Shown: positions 27,177 through 39,166, numbered from the stretch's first letter. The stretch: 40,489 nt of DNA from Anaerolineae bacterium (GCA_027021705.1 JALUTT010000080.1:1-40489); one strand, 5' to 3'. Numbers and translations are program-made. The notes: generated from the sequence alone by a model not told the origin.

Positions 27177-27344
27177 TCACGTCTCCGGCTGGTGGGGTTT
27201 GCCATCGTCGTCGCCCGAGAGCCCCTTGCGGAACTCCCGGATCGCGGCGCCTAGCTCGCCACCGATGCGGGCGACCCGGCCTACGCCGAAGATGAGGATG
27301 ACGATAACCAGGATGATGATCAGTTCCGTCGTGCCCAGGTTCAT
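27177..27344 (-). CDS. tatA: Twin-arginine translocase subunit TatA
   Basis: MNLGTTELIIILVIVILIFG...GELGAAIREFRKG. AAGGAG RBS. Confidence 0.95.
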   Translation of the reverse strand: MNLGTTELIIILVIVILIFGVGRVARIGGELGAAIREFRKGLSGDDDGKPHQPET

Positions 27345-27506
27345 CGTGCACTCCTTTTGGCAGGGTCTCGTGGGCTGCAGCCCAGCGATCTCCCGGTTGC
27401 CCTTGCTTGGGCGGGCCCTGCCCGGACATTCCCGTTCGGGCTGAGCGAGCGAAGCTCTGCGGGCTGCCATTCAGCCTCTGGGAGAAGGCTTTGCTCTCAG
27501 ACCCTA

Positions 27507-27515
27507 ATTATAGCA
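27507..27515 (-). promoter_or_regulatory. Extended -10 promoter (TGCTATAAT) upstream of tatA
   Basis: Exact TGnTATAAT on the minus strand, downstream of the tRNA terminator. Confidence 0.55.
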
Positions 27516-27526
27516 CATTTACGACC

Positions 27527-27562
27527 AAAAGAAAGCCCCTGTCGGCTTCCAACAGGGGCCTC
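27527..27562 (-). terminator. Intrinsic terminator after the tRNA operon
   Basis: Minus strand gcccctgt-tggaagccg-acaggggc followed by tttctttt. Confidence 0.75.
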
Positions 27563-27570
27563 TCTGGAGG

Positions 27571-27642
27571 TGGGGGAGGCAGGATTCGAACCCGCAACCA
27601 ACCGGTTATGAGCCGGCCGCTCTGCCCTTGAGCTACTCCCCC
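27571..27642 (-). tRNA. tRNA with CAT anticodon (Ile2 or elongator Met; not initiator)
   Basis: GGGGGAGTAGCTCAAGGGCAGAGCGGCCGGCT-CAT-AACCGGTTGGTTGCGGGTTCGAATCCTGCCTCCCCCA. G1:C72 is paired and CCA is not encoded. Confidence 0.93.
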
Positions 27643-27684
27643 GTGCGGCCAGCGAAGCGGACAGCGTGCAGCAGGGGGATAAGG

Positions 27685-27755
27685 AGCGGGCGACGGGAAT
27701 CGAACCCGTACCATTGGCTTGGAAGGCCAAGGCGCTACCTTTACGCTACGCCCGC
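27685..27755 (-). tRNA. tRNA-Gly(TCC)
   Basis: GCGGGCGTAGCGTAAAGGTAGCGCCTTGGCCT-TCC-AAGCCAATGGTACGGGTTCGATTCCCGTCGCCCGCT. Confidence 0.95.
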
Positions 27756-27762
27756 TGGTCAG

Positions 27763-27835
27763 TCGGGGCGGCCGGACTTGAACCGGCGACCTCTGCGTCC
27801 CAAACGCAGCGCGCTGCCGACTGCGCCACACCCCG
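27763..27835 (-). tRNA. tRNA-Pro(TGG)
   Basis: CGGGGTGTGGCGCAGTCGGCAGCGCGCTGCGTT-TGG-GACGCAGAGGTCGCCGGTTCAAGTCCGGCCGCCCCGA. Confidence 0.95.
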
Positions 27836-27843
27836 CCAGTCTA

Positions 27844-27872
27844 AGTATACCCCGCTTAGAGCGGATCGTCAA
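27844..27872 (-). promoter_or_regulatory. Sigma70-type promoter of the tRNA operon
   Basis: TTGACG-17 bp-TATACT, ending 8 bp before tRNA-Pro. Confidence 0.8.
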
Positions 27873-29704
27873 GGAGCCCAGGAGAGCCGCTGGCTGGAGA
27901 AATCGGGGTAGGTGGTGCCCAGATCCACGATCTTGCGGGGGTTCTGACCGTCGGGCGAGACCAGGTAGATCCCCCAACTGCCGTCTCGGTCGGAGACGAA
28001 GGCGATGAGGCTGCCGTCGGGTGCCCAGGCCGGCGCGCCATCGGAGGCCGGGTCGTTGGTCACCTGATAGACGTAGCCACCGGTCGTCACCACGTAGACA
28101 TCCCAGTCTCCATCGTGGTCGGACATGTAGGCGATCTGGGAGCCGTCGGGGGACCAACTCACCGGCGTGTCGCGAGGGTCGGCGGTCAGCGGGACGGGCT
28201 GGCCGGCCGGGTCATCGGGGTTGATGACGCAGATGCCGCGCACCGTTCCTTCGACGACGCAGCCGGCGTAGGCCAGCGCCCCCTGGGGGCCCCAGACCGG
28301 TGCCCAACCCGGCGTCACCGGGCGAGGGGGGGCAGAACCATCGCCGGGAGCCACGTAGATCTGCCAGCCGGTGGCGTCCTGCACGGCGTAAGCTATCCGC
28401 TGGCCGTCGGGGGACCAGGTGGGCCAGGCCACCCCGGGGCCTGAGACCAGCGTCAGGGGCACCCCCTCCTCGGGGACGACGGCAGCGATCCCCGTGCTGT
28501 TGCGGTAGGCCAGCAGTCGTCCATCGGGGCGCCAGGTCGGCTGGGAGGCGTAGGAGGCCGCCTTGATGGGGCGGGGATCGTAGGAAGGCAGGGCGTAGAG
28601 GTCGTAGCCCCCTGCCTCGGTGTTGTAGGCCGCGTAGGCGAGTCGGCCCACGTAGAAGCCCTCGATGGGCTGAGGACCGGTCACCGGACTGGTGATCGGC
28701 TCGGTGCCGGGCAGCGGTGTCGGCGTCGCCGTCAGGCAGCGCTGGGCAGCATCGGTCCGCTTCGCCTCCACCTCGGCGTCCAGGATCAGCCGGACCGCTT
28801 CCGTGTACTGGACCTCGGCCGGGCACCACTCCTCCTGCTCGGCGAAGAGGTCCCCGTAGGCCACGTGGGCCTGGAAGAGCCGCGCCTGGACGTCCCGGTA
28901 GTAGGGGGCGATGGCGTAGAGGGCCGAGAAGGCGGCGATGGCATCCTCCCAGCTCACGCCCCAGTAGTTGATCCCCTCCAGGTAGCGAGTGGCCAGTTGC
29001 CGCTCCACCTCCAGTTCGTCGTCCAGCGGGGCGATGGCCGCGGCCTGGTCCAGACGGAAGAGGGCGGCCTCCAGGTTGTCCTCCTCCAGGAGCTGGCGGG
29101 CCAGGGCCACGAGGGCGGTGTAACGCATCTCCTGGATGCGGTCCGGCCGGTAATCGGGGGCGGTGGCCAGGACGGCGTTGAGCTTCTCCAGGGCCTTCTC
29201 CCACGCCCCGGCGTCCAGGGCTTCCTGGGCCTCTGCCAACAGGGCGGCCGCGATCTCCTCCGGTGGGGTGGTGGGGGTGGGGGCGACCGTGGGCGTCGGC
29301 GTGGGCGTCAGGAGCCGCTCCGCCTCGGCGACGCAGGCTGCCGAGCCGGGATAGCGGTTCAACCGCCAGGCTTCCTGGCAGTTAGCGCGGGCCATCTCGA
29401 ACTCCCCGGCCGCCAGGCGGGCCAGCCCCTCCTCGTAGTAGGCCTGGGCGGTGGCCTCGGCCCGGAGTTGCCGCTCCTGCAGGCCCTGGTTCCAGCCCAT
29501 CAGCACGGCGATCATCGTCAGGCTCATCGTGGCCAGGAAAGCGAGGAGCCCGACCAGGAAGGGATGCGGACGGAGGACCCACGCCTTCCACACCTGCCAT
29601 CCAGGTCTGGGTGGGGGAGGGAGGTTCAAGGCAGCTTCGGCGACGGGAATCGGGTCCGGCGCCCGAGGTTCAGCGTTGGGGAGTCGGGGTTCAGAGTTCA
29701 GCAT
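27869..29704 (-). CDS. Membrane-anchored TPR plus TolB-like (PD40/WD40-like beta-propeller) protein
   Basis: Single TM (FLVGLLAFLATMSLTMIAVLMGW), TPR-like helices, a PTPTPT linker, and repeated PxWSPDGxxIAY/F motifs. Confidence 0.85.
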   Translation of the reverse strand: MLNSEPRLPNAEPRAPDPIPVAEAALNLPPPPRPGWQVWKAWVLRPHPFLVGLLAFLATMSLTMIAVLMGWNQGLQERQLRAEATAQAYYEEGLARLAAGEFEMARANCQEAWRLNRYPGSAACVAEAERLLTPTPTPTVAPTPTTPPEEIAAALLAEAQEALDAGAWEKALEKLNAVLATAPDYRPDRIQEMRYTALVALARQLLEEDNLEAALFRLDQAAAIAPLDDELEVERQLATRYLEGINYWGVSWEDAIAAFSALYAIAPYYRDVQARLFQAHVAYGDLFAEQEEWCPAEVQYTEAVRLILDAEVEAKRTDAAQRCLTATPTPLPGTEPITSPVTGPQPIEGFYVGRLAYAAYNTEAGGYDLYALPSYDPRPIKAASYASQPTWRPDGRLLAYRNSTGIAAVVPEEGVPLTLVSGPGVAWPTWSPDGQRIAYAVQDATGWQIYVAPGDGSAPPRPVTPGWAPVWGPQGALAYAGCVVEGTVRGICVINPDDPAGQPVPLTADPRDTPVSWSPDGSQIAYMSDHDGDWDVYVVTTGGYVYQVTNDPASDGAPAWAPDGSLIAFVSDRDGSWGIYLVSPDGQNPRKIVDLGTTYPDFSSQRLSWAP

Positions 29705-29752
29705 AGGATCGCTCGTGTCCTCACCACGGCCGGGGACCAGAGACGACAGGGC

Positions 29753-29781
29753 ATTATAATCCCCTTTGCCTGGATTGTCCA
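29753..29781 (-). promoter_or_regulatory. Sigma70-type promoter
   Basis: TGGACA-17 bp-TATAAT upstream of the TPR/PD40 gene. Confidence 0.6.
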
Positions 29782-29898
29782 GCCGAGCAGCTCCGGTGAT
29801 CACCCACAAGCCTTTCTGGCTGCCGGCCAGACGCTGAACCGCCCGGATGAGGATGAGAAGGGAGAAGCCCTCTTCGAAGGCTACGAGGCGGCCTGCAC

Positions 29899-29927
29899 TT
29901 GCCGTTTTAGGAAATCCGGGGTATCAT
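29899..29927 (+). promoter_or_regulatory. Sigma70-type promoter (plus strand)
   Basis: TTGCCG-17 bp-TATCAT. Confidence 0.5.
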
Positions 29928-29929
29928 AG

Positions 29930-30063
29930 GGCCGTCCCCTGCCCTTCACCACAACCTTGGACCCTCTCCACGGGTTCCGACGGCGTGTCGTGAGGTCCTA
30001 TGCGCCCCCGTGCCGGAGGAGCCGGTCCGGCGGACCCAGAAGCCTGCGGGAGGGCCTCAGGCG
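29930..30063 (-). ncRNA. Candidate structured ncRNA (rod-like, possibly 6S-like)
   Basis: Lies just downstream of a near-consensus promoter. End-to-end pairings on the minus strand: ggcc/ggcc, ctccc/gggga, cttc/gaag, ggacc/ggtcc, cacggg/cccgtg. No convincing ORF. Confidence 0.3.
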
Positions 30064-30069
30064 ACCACC

Positions 30070-30098
30070 ATTATAGCACGAGGGCAATATCCTATCAA
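30070..30098 (-). promoter_or_regulatory. Near-consensus sigma70-type promoter (minus strand)
   Basis: TTGATA-17 bp-TATAAT with an extended TG. Confidence 0.65.
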
Positions 30099-30153
30099 TC
30101 GCGGCCATGGTACCCCCTTCCCCACAGGCCGTAACGCACAGGAGGGAAGAGCC

Positions 30154-31326
30154 GTGAAAGATCGCACCTTGCTGATGATCCCCGGCCCCATCGAGTTCGA
30201 GCCTGCCGTGCTGGCGGCGATGGGAGCCCCCACGACCAGCCACCTGGATCCCGGCTTTGTCGAAGCCTTTGGACAGGCTCTGGAGCGCCTGCGGCAGGTC
30301 TTCCTCTGCCCCGACGGACAACCCTTCATCGTCGCCGGCTCTGGCACGTTGGCGATGGACCTGGCCGGCGCAAACCTGATCGAGCCCGGCGATCGGGCCC
30401 TGGTCATCAACACTGGCTTCTTCGGCGACCGTTTCGGGGCGCTCCTGGAACGGTATGGCGCGGGGGTGACCCATCTGCGGGCGCCGGTGGGGGGGCTGCC
30501 CACCCTGGAGGAAGTCGAGCGGGCGCTGAAAGGGGCCTCCTTCAAGCTGATGACCGTGACCCACGTGGACACCTCCACCGGCGTCGTCGCCGACGTGAAG
30601 GGCCTGGCCGCCCTGGCCCGTCGGTACGACGTCCTACTCGTGGTGGATGGGGTCTGCTCGGTGGCGGGGGAGGAGCTGCGGATGACGGAGTGGGGGGTGG
30701 ACGTGGCGCTGACGGCTTCCCAGAAGGCCATCAGCGTGCCCCCCGGTCTGGCGCTCCTGGTCGCCGGCCCCCGGGCGATGGAGGCGTTCCGGCGGCGCAA
30801 GACCCCTGTCGCCAACTATTACGCCGACTGGGGCAACTGGCTGCCCATTATGGAAGCCTACGAGGCACGCCGCCCCAGCTACTTCGCCACTCCGGCCGTC
30901 AACCTGGTCTGGGCGTTGAACGTCAGCCTGGGGCAGATTCTGGAGGAAGGGATGGAGGCTCGTTTCGCCCGCCATCGGGCTTTGAGCCGGGCCTGCAAGG
31001 CGGCCATCGCCGCGCTGGGGCTGGAGCAGGTGCCCCTCAAGCCCGAGTACGCTGCCCACACGATGACCGCGCCCCGCTATCCGGCGGGCGTCACCGGGGC
31101 CGACCTGCTGCCCCGGGTCAAGGCCGCCGGAGCAGTCCTGGCCGGCGGGCTGCACCCGGAGATCAAGGCTGAGTACTTCCGCATCGGCCATATGGGACCG
31201 ACGAAGCTGGGTGACCTCCTGGCGACCATCGGGGCCCTCGAGGCGGGGCTGGCCGCGTGTGGATACACCTTCGAGAAGGGGGCTGGCGTCGCTGCAGCGA
31301 TGGCAGCCTGGGACGAGCAGGGATGA
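30154..31326 (+). CDS. Alanine-glyoxylate/serine-pyruvate aminotransferase family (class V)
   Basis: LLMIPGP, GSGTLAMD, THVDTSTGV, VVDGVCS, TASQKA (PLP lysine) and FRIGHMG. GTG start with a GGAGG RBS. Confidence 0.93.
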   Translation: MKDRTLLMIPGPIEFEPAVLAAMGAPTTSHLDPGFVEAFGQALERLRQVFLCPDGQPFIVAGSGTLAMDLAGANLIEPGDRALVINTGFFGDRFGALLERYGAGVTHLRAPVGGLPTLEEVERALKGASFKLMTVTHVDTSTGVVADVKGLAALARRYDVLLVVDGVCSVAGEELRMTEWGVDVALTASQKAISVPPGLALLVAGPRAMEAFRRRKTPVANYYADWGNWLPIMEAYEARRPSYFATPAVNLVWALNVSLGQILEEGMEARFARHRALSRACKAAIAALGLEQVPLKPEYAAHTMTAPRYPAGVTGADLLPRVKAAGAVLAGGLHPEIKAEYFRIGHMGPTKLGDLLATIGALEAGLAACGYTFEKGAGVAAAMAAWDEQG

Positions 31327-31470
31327 TGGCCCCGGCACAGCCGGCCTGGGAAGCTCCCGAAGGCGGTGAGGGCGACCCACTGGGGGATGCGGGATAAGGG
31401 CTAAGGGTCGGGGGCACCCAGATGTGCGAACCACCTCGAAATGTGGGCTCCGTCCCTCAGTAGTCCCCGT

Positions 31471-32046
31471 TTACGGCTGGAAGAAGATCATCCCCACGCC
31501 TAGCTTCTCCAATGCCTCCTCGGCGTAGTGGACGACGAGGGCACTGGGGTCCTCCAGCGCCCGGATGAGGGTGGGGATGGCCTCCGGGGCCTCCAGGGCG
31601 GCCAGGGCCCGGGCCGCGTTCACCCGCGCCCGAGGCGGTCCGGCTTCCAAAACCTCGATGAGGGCGGAGACGGCTCGCTCCCCCAGACGGATGAGGGCAT
31701 TCCCCGCCAGCCGGGCGACGTAGCCGCTGGGGTCCTGCAGGGCCGTGACCAGCGGCTCGACCGCTTCTGAACGCTGGAGTTCCCCCAAGGCCAGGACGGC
31801 GCAGGCCCGCACGTCCTCGTCGGGATCGTGCAGCAGCCCGGCCAGGAGCGGGATGGCACCGGAAGCGCCCGTCTCGGCCAGGGCGCGGGCGGCCCACCAA
31901 CGGGTATCAGCGCAAGGCGAGGTGGTCAACGGGCGGAGGAGCGGTAGGGCCGCTTCGCCCATCGCGCCTAGAGCCAAGGCGGCGGCCTGAGCGCTCTCTT
32001 CGTCCCCTCCCTCTAGGGCGGTCAACAACACGGTGGGATCGTCCAC
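31471..32046 (-). CDS. HEAT-repeat (PBS lyase-like) protein
   Basis: Repeated LxDpdxxVRxxAaxALG units. GTG start with a GGAGG RBS. Confidence 0.85.
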   Translation of the reverse strand: MDDPTVLLTALEGGDEESAQAAALALGAMGEAALPLLRPLTTSPCADTRWWAARALAETGASGAIPLLAGLLHDPDEDVRACAVLALGELQRSEAVEPLVTALQDPSGYVARLAGNALIRLGERAVSALIEVLEAGPPRARVNAARALAALEAPEAIPTLIRALEDPSALVVHYAEEALEKLGVGMIFFQP

Positions 32047-32122
32047 AGGAACCTCCAAAGGGGTCTTGACCTTCGCCGGCAGCGAGGCCGGCGCTCAACG
32101 GCGACGGGGAACCCGACCTCGG

Positions 32123-32944
32123 CTATTCCTCGTCGGAGGGCGGCTCACCCGCCCGTCCGCCCGCCAGCGGCACCACCTTGCGGGCGAAGATGAGGTAGCC
32201 GGTGTGGCCGACGATCCGGTCCTGGGGCCGGAAGCGCTCGGCCACCGCCTTGTAGGGGCGCAGCAGCAGCTCCTCGACCTCCACCATCCCCAGGGGGTAC
32301 CGCCCCGACTCCAGCGCCTGCAGCAGGCGGATGACCTGGTTGGCCGTCGGCACGAGACAGCCGAAGAACCCCCCGCCGGCCAGGGCCTCCGTCGCCTGCT
32401 CCAGGTAGTCCCACGGGGTCCGCAGGTCCAGGAAGAGGGCGTCCACATCCCGCTCGTCGAAGCCCTCGGCGATGTCGCGCAGCTTGAACTCCACGTAGGC
32501 GTCCAGCCCCAGCCGGCTCAAGTTGCGGATGGCCAGTTGCTGCATCTCCGGGCGCACCTCGTAGGAGTAGACCCGCCCCGTGGGCATCACCGCCTGGGCC
32601 AGCGTCAGCGTCAGCCCGCCGCTCCCCGTCCCCGCCTCGATCACCCGTCGGCCGGGGCGGATGGCCATCTTCAGCAGGATGTAGCTGGCATCCTTGGGGT
32701 AGATGATCTGGGTGCTGCGCCGGATGTGGCGCACCAGATCGTCCGTGGAGGGCTCCAGGAGCAGGAAGGGATAGCCGGTGTGGGAGAGCACTTGGCTGCC
32801 CCAGGGGAGCCCGATCAGATCGTCGTGGCGCAGGACGCCCCGATGGGTCTGGAGCTCCAGCCCGGGCTGGAGCCGGGTGACGAACTGCTTGCGGTCTTGG
32901 CTGAAGAGCAGAACCACGTCGCCGGCCTCTACCTGTCGCGTCAA
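32123..32944 (-). CDS. trmI: tRNA (adenine58-N1)-methyltransferase
   Basis: TQIIYPKD, VIEAGTGSGGLT, YSYEVR, LFLDLRTPW, PTANQV and HTGYL. TTG start with a GGAGGG RBS. Confidence 0.93.
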   Translation of the reverse strand: MTRQVEAGDVVLLFSQDRKQFVTRLQPGLELQTHRGVLRHDDLIGLPWGSQVLSHTGYPFLLLEPSTDDLVRHIRRSTQIIYPKDASYILLKMAIRPGRRVIEAGTGSGGLTLTLAQAVMPTGRVYSYEVRPEMQQLAIRNLSRLGLDAYVEFKLRDIAEGFDERDVDALFLDLRTPWDYLEQATEALAGGGFFGCLVPTANQVIRLLQALESGRYPLGMVEVEELLLRPYKAVAERFRPQDRIVGHTGYLIFARKVVPLAGGRAGEPPSDEE

Positions 32945-33018
32945 AGGATACCCTCCCTCCTCCTGCTTCTGCCGGATGCATCGGATCGGAGCCTTGGGGA
33001 ACAAGGCGCTGCGGGGAC

Positions 33019-33100
33019 ATTATAACCCAGAGCCCCCGGAGGAACAAGCCGGATAGAGTCCGTAGCCGCACTGGTGAACCCGGCCCAACTGCGGTATAAT
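33019..33100. promoter_or_regulatory. Divergent -10 elements between trmI and hypB
   Basis: TATAAT on the minus strand (33019-33024) and on the plus strand (33095-33100). Confidence 0.5.
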
Positions 33101-33146
33101 CCGAAGCCGACGACCAACCGGGTTGCACCAACGGGAGGCACAGCCG

Positions 33147-33824
33147 ATGTCTGTCAAGACGATCCCCGTCGTCGAGAAGATCCTGAGCGCCAACGACCAA
33201 CTGGCCGCCGCCAACCGAGCCACACTGGACCGGACCGGCACCTTCGCCATCAACCTGATGGCCTCGCCGGGCGCGGGGAAGACCAGCCTCATCCTGCGCA
33301 CCGTCGAGGCCCTGCGGGAGGAGCTCCGGCTGGGAGCCGTGGACGGCGACATCGCGACCACCATAGACGCCGACCGGATCGCCGCCCTGGGCATCCCCAC
33401 CGTCCAGATCAACACCGGCGGCTCCTGCCATCTGGACGCCGTGATGCTCCAGCAAGCCCTCCCCCGGCTCCCCCTGGAGGAACTGGACCTCCTCATCGTG
33501 GAGAACGTGGGCAACCTCATCTGCCCGGCCGAGTTCAAGCTGGGCGTCCATCGCAACATCCTCATCGCCAGCGTCCCCGAGGGGGACGACAAGCCCTACA
33601 AGTACCCGGGGATGTACCGGGGCGTGGACGCCCTCATCCTGAACAAGATGGACCTGCTGCCCCACTTCGACTTCGACCTGGACTACTTCCGGCGCGGCGT
33701 CGAGGTCCTCAACCCCGGCCTGGCCTTCTTCCCCCTCTCCTGCAAGACGGGGGAGGGGCTGGGGGCCTGGCTGGACTGGCTGCGGGAGCAGGTGCAAGGA
33801 GCGGGCCTGCGGTCGGGTGCGTGA
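33147..33824 (+). CDS. hypB: Hydrogenase nickel incorporation GTPase HypB
   Basis: NLMASPGAGKTS, INTGGSCHLDA, ENVGNLICPA, EGDDKPYKYP and NKMDL. Confidence 0.95.
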   Translation: MSVKTIPVVEKILSANDQLAAANRATLDRTGTFAINLMASPGAGKTSLILRTVEALREELRLGAVDGDIATTIDADRIAALGIPTVQINTGGSCHLDAVMLQQALPRLPLEELDLLIVENVGNLICPAEFKLGVHRNILIASVPEGDDKPYKYPGMYRGVDALILNKMDLLPHFDFDLDYFRRGVEVLNPGLAFFPLSCKTGEGLGAWLDWLREQVQGAGLRSGA

Positions 33825-35943
33825 TGGCGATGGCGGGCGAGGAAGCGCTGGCCCTGGTGGTCGCCGCCGACGAAGGCACCTTCTTCCTGGAAGGGCCGGC
33901 CGGCGTCGGCAAGACGGCCCTTGCCCGACGCCGCCTCCGCCACCTCCTGCGACGACGCCGGCCCGACGCCCGAATCCTCCTCCTCGTGCCCTACCGGGGC
34001 CTCCTTCCCCCCTACGAGGTCGCCCTGCGCGACCTGGACCTCCCTCCCGATGCCCTTCTGCGGACCACCCTGGCCGGCCTGGCCCGACGGACGATCCGCC
34101 GCTTCTGGCCCCAGGTCGCCGAGGCCGCCGGGTTCGCCCATCCCGACCGCCCGCCCCGCTTCCTCACCCTGGAGATGGCCCAGTACGTCCTCCAGCGGGT
34201 GGTCGGACCGCTGCTGGAGGGCGACTACTTCCAGGGCCTCCCCCTCCCCCGCCCCCACCTGCTCCGCCAGCTCCTGGACAACCTGAACCGGGCCGCCCTG
34301 GTCGGCTTTCCCATCACCGAGATCGCCCCCCGGCTGCAGGCGGCCTTGGGCCCCGAGAGCCCCCAATCCCGCTTCTTCGTCCAGGCCCAGGACTGCGCCC
34401 TCCGCTTCCGGCGCTACTGCCTGGACCACAACCTGCTCGACTTCTCCCTCCAGATCGAACTCTTCGCCCGCCACCTGCTCCCCCGGCCCCAGGTCCAGGC
34501 GGACCTCTTCGACCCGCCCCCCCACCTCATCGTGGACAACGTGGAGGAGACGGTGCCCGTGACCCAGGACCTGCTCCGGGCCCTCCTCCCCTCCCGCGTC
34601 GCCTCAGCGCTGCTCCTCTACGACCGGGAGGGGGGCTACCGGCGCTTCCTGGGGGCGGACCCCGAAGGGGGGTACGCGCTGAAGGAACGCTGTCAGCACC
34701 ACCTGGTGCTGGAGGAGAGCCGGGTGACGCCCGCCCCCCTGGTCGCCCTGGAGCAGGCCCTGACCCGGGCGCTGGGCGGACGTCCGACGCCCTACCGGGG
34801 ATGGACGCCCTTGGACGCCGAGGCACCGGCCGTCACCCTCCTCACCGGTCGCTTCTACCCCCAGATGCTGGACCGGGTGGCCGACGAGGTCGTCCGGCTG
34901 ATCACCGAGGAGGAGTTCCTGGCCGGCGAGATCGCCATCCTGGCCCCCTACCTCCCCGACGCCCTCCGCTTCGCCCTGGGCAGCCGCCTGGCCCAGGCCG
35001 GCGTCCCCGTGCGCGTCCACCGCCCTTCCCGCCCCTTCCAGGCGGAGCCGGTCACCCGCCACCTGCTCACCCTGGCCGCCCTGGGCCACCCCTGGTGGCA
35101 GGAGCCCCCCGCCACCGAGATGGTGGCCCACGCCCTGAGCTGGGCCGTCGTCGGCCTGGACCTCCTCCGCGCCCGCCTGCTGGCCCGCATCCTCTACCGC
35201 CTCCGGGAGGGCGAGCCCCGCCTGCTCCCCTTCGACGGGCTGGAGCCGGAGGCCCGCCGGCGCATCGGCCTCCGGCGCGGCGAGCGGTACGAACGGCTGC
35301 GCCGCTGGCTGGCCGACTACGGCCAGGAGGCGGCCCAGGACCCCACCGCCTTCCCCCTGGACCACTTCTGGGACCGGCTGGTCGAAGAGATCCTCTCCCG
35401 ACCCGGCTTCGGCCTCCACGCCCAGCCCGAAGCTCACCCCATCGTCCGGGCGCTGATCACCTCGGCCCGGCGCTTCCGCCGGCTGACCGAGCCCGACCTG
35501 CTGCCGCCGGACCGCGCCGCCGGCCACGAGTACCTCCTGCAGGTCCAGGCCGGGCTCCTGGCCCCCCGCCCCCGGCGCTCCGACCAGGGGCAACGGGGCG
35601 TCCTCTTGGCCCCCGTGCACACCTTCCTGCTCTACCACCGCCCCGTCGCCGTCCAGTTCTGGCTGGACGTGGGGAGCAGCGGCTGGTGGCAGCCGCCCCA
35701 CCAAGTGCTCACCAACCCCTACGTCCTCTCCCGCCGCTGGCCCGCCGACCGGCGCTGGACGGGGACCGACGAACAGGCCCTGGGGCTGACCGCGCTTACC
35801 CAGGTGGTCCAGGGACTCCTCCGCCGCTGTCGGCAGCGGGTCTACCTGGTCTCCAGCCTCCTGGGCGAGGAGGGGTTTGAGCAGCGGGGGCCGCTCCTGC
35901 GGGCCGTCCAGACGCTCCTCCGCCGCCGGGAGGTCTCCATCCG

Positions 35944-35947
<4 letters not shown>
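33824..35947 (+). CDS. Degenerate UvrD/SF1 helicase-like protein
   Basis: Walker A GPAGVGKT, NLLDFSLQ, altered Walker B LIVDNVEE, EIAILAP and QFWLD. Starts at a TGATG overlap with the hypB stop; the ORF-track extension to 33074 is spurious. Confidence 0.75.
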
Positions 35948-38171
<2,224 letters not shown>

Positions 38172-38175
<4 letters not shown>

Positions 38176-39071
38176 CACCCAAGGGATCGGAGGAGGCAGA
38201 AGCCCGGCTGGCCCGGGTGCGCTGCTTCCTGCTGGATATGGACGGCACCCTCTACCTGGGGCGGCGGCTGTTGCCGGGAGCCCGGCGCTTCCTCCAGGTG
38301 CTCCGGCGACAGGGCAAGAGCTTCCTGATCCTGACCAACAACTCCTCCCAGGACAGCGCCGCCTACGCCGAGAAGCTGGCCCGGCTGGGGCTCCCCGTCG
38401 CCCCCGACCGGATCCTCACCTCGGGGGAAGCGACGGCTCTCTACCTCCGGCGCCATCATCCGGGAGCCCGGCTCTTCGTCGTGGGGACGCCGGCGTTGGA
38501 GGCGACCTTCACCGCCCACGGCTTCATCCTGACCGACGAGGACCCCGACCTGGTCGTCGTCGGCTTCGACACGACGCTCACCTACGCCAAGCTGTGGAAG
38601 CTGTGCGACTTCGTGCGGGCCGGCCTGCCCTACATCGCCACCCACCCGGACCTCAACTGCCCCACGGAGACGGGGTACATGCCCGACATCGGGGCCATCA
38701 TCGCCTTCGTCCGCGCCTCCACGGGGCGGGAGCCGGACCGGATCATCGGCAAGCCCAACCCGGAGATGGTCGAGGCGGTCCTGGTGCGGACGGGGCTCTC
38801 GCCGGCCGACCTCTGTATGGTGGGCGACCGGCTCTACACCGACATCGCGCTGGGGAGCCGGGCCGGCATCCTCACCGTCCTGGTCCTGACCGGCGAGGCC
38901 CGCCTCGAAGACCTGCCCCACACCCCCCACCGGCCTGACCTCGTCCTCCCGGACCTGGGTACCCTGGCCGACCTCTTGGAGCCAGGGGAACAGAGAAAAC
39001 CGCCATCCAGTCATCAGGAGGGCCGGAAGGCGGTTTTCGGAAGGACGAATCTTCAGGACTCCGATCCCTGA
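38172..39071 (+). CDS. HAD-IIA family hydrolase (NagD-like)
   Basis: LLDMDGT, LTNNSS, IGKPN, MVGDRLYTDI and LVLTGE. GTGA overlap with the helicase stop. Confidence 0.92.
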
Positions 39072-39166
39072 TCGGAGGCCCGGCACCTGTAGAAGATCGG
39101 CGATTTGTTAAGAAAAAGAGAACAGGAGAAGAAACGCTCGATGATACCTCCGGGCCGGGAACCTCA

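Noticed and set aside
27345..27500. Cobalamin riboswitch or SRP RNA upstream of tatA
   Set aside because: Only fragments match (GAGACCCTGCC; CAGG...AGCA). The B12 box and the SRP GNRA-capped helix are absent.
27520..27571. Prophage or integrative element at the tRNA 3' end
   Set aside because: No integrase and no duplicated tRNA 3' end were seen; a terminator and tatA follow directly.
33074..33823. N-terminal extension of the 957-aa ORF
   Set aside because: It overlaps hypB in another frame and reads as low-complexity Pro/Arg sequence. The real start is the TGATG overlap at 33824.
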